A program made the translations under genes and the position numbers. Below, in pieces: positions 60,211-64,000 of a stretch of DNA of 64,000 nt. Source of the DNA: Antechinus flavipes (Eukaryota); NCBI RefSeq assembly GCF_016432865.1, contig NC_067400.1, positions 480,004,001 through 480,068,000 on the forward strand. Direction: 5' to 3'. The notes beneath the pieces were generated by a model. The model was not told where the DNA came from, searched no databases, and saw nothing but the letters and a program-made list of their open reading frames with translations. Each line of letters starts with the position of its first letter. The first letter of the stretch is position 1.

Positions 60211-61617
60211 AACCAAAACCAATCTGATTCTCATTGATTGGCCAGACGAGATGATCTCAAGGTGTCCTCTAGTTCTAAATGCCACAGGAATACCATGTCA
60301 TAAGAATGTCACAACCAAATTAAGGGTTGGGGCTAGGAAAACTTAGGCTATAGATAATTTTGTTACATACACAAGAGAGAAGGATGTTAAATGCTAAGAT
60401 GGAGAGAATCTAGAATATGGAGGAGAATTCTGGACACCCATTTCTTGAAAACTGTGTACTTGTATATCTGTCATCTGGGGGAAAGGATTAGAGGAGATTG
60501 GCACCCAATATGGACTCTGAAATTCCTAATTCTATTCTATCTTTCCCAAAGAATTGATCTTTCCTGTCTTGTGACTGACAATCTTATTTACTTCACTGTT
60601 TCCATGAGTTGGACCTCTTCAATCCTTTGCAGTCTGGCTTCCACCCTCATTACTCCTCTCCTGTTACTAATGATATCTCTTACCAGTTAAATCCAATGGG
60701 TTTTTCTTAATCCCCATTTTATATCACCTTTGCAGTTTTTGACCTTGCTGATTTCTTGCTATAGATGTTAATCCACAGCTCTAGCTAGAGCTTGCCTTCT
60801 CTTCATACTTTCAGTTCTAGTTACTAGTTCAATGATCTCAACAAAATTGATTCTCAAATGTATAATTCAGCTCTAATCTCCTAAACTCCCATTCTCCACC
60901 TAGATTTCCCATTGGCATAATAGTAAATAGCATATCAAAAGTGGAGCTCATTTTTTTTTTAACCACCTAAACCCACTTCTCCGTATTCACCTATTGTTTT
61001 GAGAGCACTGCCATCCTGGTGAAGTGTAGAGAGTGATCCTGGCCAAATCACTTAACCCTGTTTGCATCAGTTCCATAAAATGAGCTGGAGAAGGAAGTGG
61101 CAAACCACTCCAGTATCTTTGCCAAGAAAGCTCCAGTAGGGTCATAAAGAATTGGACATGACTGAAAAATGACAAACCACCACAACCTTTCAGTCTCTTA
61201 ATTTTACAGACTTCAATCTTCCCAGCCAGGCACCATTCTAAATGCCGCTGCCAAAATAATTTCCTTCGGATTCAGAAGTGGCCAGGTAATTCTCCTGTTC
61301 AAAAGTCTTTAATACTACTCTCTAGAACAGGAATTCTTAACCTGTAGTCTGTAAGCTTTTAAATATTTAAAGTTTTTTTGATAATTTCAATGTAATTACT
61401 TGTCTCTGTAATTATGTTTTATTGATATTTATATTTATTTGTACATATATAATATACTAAAAAAATTCAAGGTAATTTTTTGCTAGTTATTGATGTGAAG
61501 ACCTTGGCAGCTGTTGTGTTTATATTTGTATTTTTGTGTATGTGAATACTTGTTGGGGTCAGGGAGATTAGAATAAAGTTTCTTAGAGTGTAGTGGTTGA
61601 GTTAAGATTTATCTATG

Positions 61618-61770
61618 GGGGGCAGTTGTTTAGTGCCATGGATAGAGCATAGGCCCTGAAGTAAGGAGGAGGACTTGAGTTCAAATCTAACCTCAGATAC
61701 TTACACTTTCTAGCTGTGTAATGCTGGGCAAATCACTTAACCCCAATTGCCTTAGGGGAAAAAAAAGATT
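61618..61770 (+). mobile_element. Marsupial tRNA-derived SINE
   Basis: ggggcagttgtttagtgccatggatagagc...cacttaaccccaattgcc. Confidence 0.85.
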
Positions 61771-62127
61771 TATCTATAGGTCTGCCCTTCCTTTTACTAT
61801 CCAGGCAAGCACTGTCTGTGGCCACCTCTACTTCATCAGGGCCTGTCTTGCCTCCAACATTTCAATCTCTTTTCTATTTTGCATTCTTTTCCTACTTTAA
61901 CATACTTCTATACTTCATCCTATTTGCCTCAACCCAGTGATTATGAGTTCTCAAATGATGTCCAAATCTTCTTGAACCTCTAATGACTGCTTCCACATTT
62001 TCATTTGCCATAAACCAGCCCCCTCAAATTCCCATTCTAAAGCTACCCTATCACTGTGCTCTCTGGAATGTCTGCACTATAAGCAACATATTACCATCTT
62101 AAAACTTTTTACTTTTTTGCTTCCTTC

Positions 62128-62130
62128 ATA

Positions 62131-62183
<53 letters not shown>
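62128..62183 (+). repeat. (TA)n followed by a long poly(T) tract
   Basis: Read directly. Confidence 0.9.
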
Positions 62184-62186
<3 letters not shown>

Positions 62187-63269
62187 ATTCACTGAAACCT
62201 GACACCTTCCTGATGACACAATTTTCCTGGCTTCCTTTCTCACACTGATTGTAAAAACTCATGTACCCGACTGCCCTGGTTGTGGTAAAGGAATTGGATT
62301 ACTCCTTGCTCCTCATTGCCACTCTTCTACTCTTCGATCAGAGTAATCTCTTCTGCTTTGAGGTTCATTTAATAGGGTTATCATCTTATCAAATTTCTGG
62401 AAACTGTTTTCTACAGACTTCTATTATATTCTTCTTTCTTCAGTGAGTACAGTGCCTGACTCATAGTCTTTCTGTCCTTCTTGACTCCAGTTCTCATATT
62501 AGAAACTTCAAGAAATATATTGATACTCCCTCCAATACTCTAATCTTCCAAGTCCTTATCTTACCCATTTCCCATTACCTGTTCTTTCATCCTATCATAC
62601 ATTGGCTATATAGAGAGATAATTAGATCCTTGATCTTGCCATCACTCATAGATATTTCACATTCATGTTCATGATTTCTGAAATTTATCTGATTACAATC
62701 CTTTTTTTTTAAAAAAATAACTTTTTATTGACAGGACAAGATAATCCTTTAACAATTTCCTAATTAGTTTGCTATCCCAGTTCATCACAATGGTTTTTCC
62801 AAACCTTTTCATCCCTTCTCAAGTTTTTTACAGCTGTCCCTCCCCTATCTTGAGAGCCTTCTTCATCTGAATACCTTGCTTCATATTTCACTGAAAAAAT
62901 TGAGACAATTTATAGAGACCTCCATCTTTTTTTTCTTCCTCTTCATCTTATTTCATTTATTAATGTAGAAGAATAAAAAATCAAGATTATCAAAGGAATT
63001 GATAAAAAAAAAAAAAAAATGTAAAGGTTAGTGTCCTAGCAGAACCAGACCTAAAACTATTACTATAAAGCAGCAGTTATTGAAACCATATAGTACTGGC
63101 TAAAAAATAGAGTGGCTAGGACACATTATAGTATATAAAAGATCTATCCAAGCCCTTAGATTGGCTCTGTGTCTCTCTACCTCTACCCATGGTATCTTTC
63201 TTTATATTTGTGAGTAAATAAGTGATTCATATATGCTATACAAATGTCCATTAGTGATTATTTCAAATA

Positions 63270-63880
63270 TCTGCATCATGGGCCATTGTGCTTTTTCTTG
63301 GTCAGACCACATCTGGAATACTGTGATTTGCTCTGGGCATTAGATTTTAGGAGGAACTTTCATAGTCTGGAGAGCATCCAAATAAAGGCAATCATAATGG
63401 TAAAGGGCCTTGAATTCATGGCATAAGAGGAACAGTTGAAGGAACTGGGCATGTTTATTCTGGAAAACAGAAGACTTTCAGGAACTTGATGGCTTTCTTC
63501 AAGTATTTGGAGGCCTGCATTGTAGAAGAGATAATAAAGGTGAAAAATAAAGAAAAGATCAATAAAAACATGAAAAATACATAACAATTTAATAAAGAAA
63601 ACATGGAAAAAATAGGGCAATACTACTTTACTAAATTTAATATACACATTTAAAAACATAAATAACAGTTTATAGTTTATATACCATAATCCTTAAAATT
63701 TTTGTTTATTTGAATGTGTTTGTAAATGATTAATCTCATATTATAAAAGGTAACAAAAAAGGAGGGTATTGATTTATTCTGTTTGGTTCCAGAGGATAAA
63801 ACTTGGAGCCATGATTAAAAGTTGCAAAGAGACAAATTTAGGCTTAATACAAGAAAAACTTCCAAATAACTAGCTGTAAT
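63270..63880 (+). mobile_element. CR1/L3 LINE fragment with an AT-rich insert
   Basis: LVRPHLEYC...W..DFRR...LESIQ RT C-terminal homology (ORF 63244-63426). Confidence 0.8.
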
Positions 63881-64000
63881 GCTCTCTCTAAAAATGTAAT
63901 ATTCTCTGTTGAGGTTTTCTTGGAGTCTCTGGAGCATCCTTCATTTCAGTTCAGTAATCACCACAAATACAGCCAGGTATTAAAGTCTAAATCCTTTATT

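Overview
Eukaryotic (marsupial) genomic DNA: AT-rich and full of marsupial-type L1, tRNA-derived SINE, L2, MIR, CR1/L3 and RTE relics. The SINE and L1 types suggest a dasyurid, which is an inference. The region is syntenic with the human 11q24 DDX25-PUS3-HYLS1 cluster. Three spliced genes were reconstructed by hand. DDX25 is on the minus strand with 12 coding exons (31483 to 4052, 482 aa). PUS3 is on the plus strand with a non-coding exon 1 near 34780-34818 and 4 coding exons (39738-42090, 479 aa). HYLS1 is on the minus strand with a single coding exon (37693 to 36776, 305 aa) inside PUS3 intron 1, and a probable first exon at a CpG island near 54 kb. The most notable element is an intact, intronless RPS4 retrogene (56716-57507). 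Its CpGs survive almost only in Arg codons, consistent with purifying selection. It appears to have captured the HYLS1 promoter bidirectionally, with its old 5'TOP tract acting as a splice-acceptor polypyrimidine tract. Other observations are a decayed processed carbonic anhydrase (CA7-like) pseudogene in DDX25 intron 9 that the ORF track misses, a candidate PUS3 exon adding a mitochondrial-presequence-like N-terminus, an extra 103-nt PUS3 intron, and a candidate truncating DDX25 terminal exon. Repeat boundaries are approximate. Comparisons with human or chicken sequences are from memory, not from database searches. There are no prokaryotic features, CRISPR arrays, rRNA or tRNA genes.
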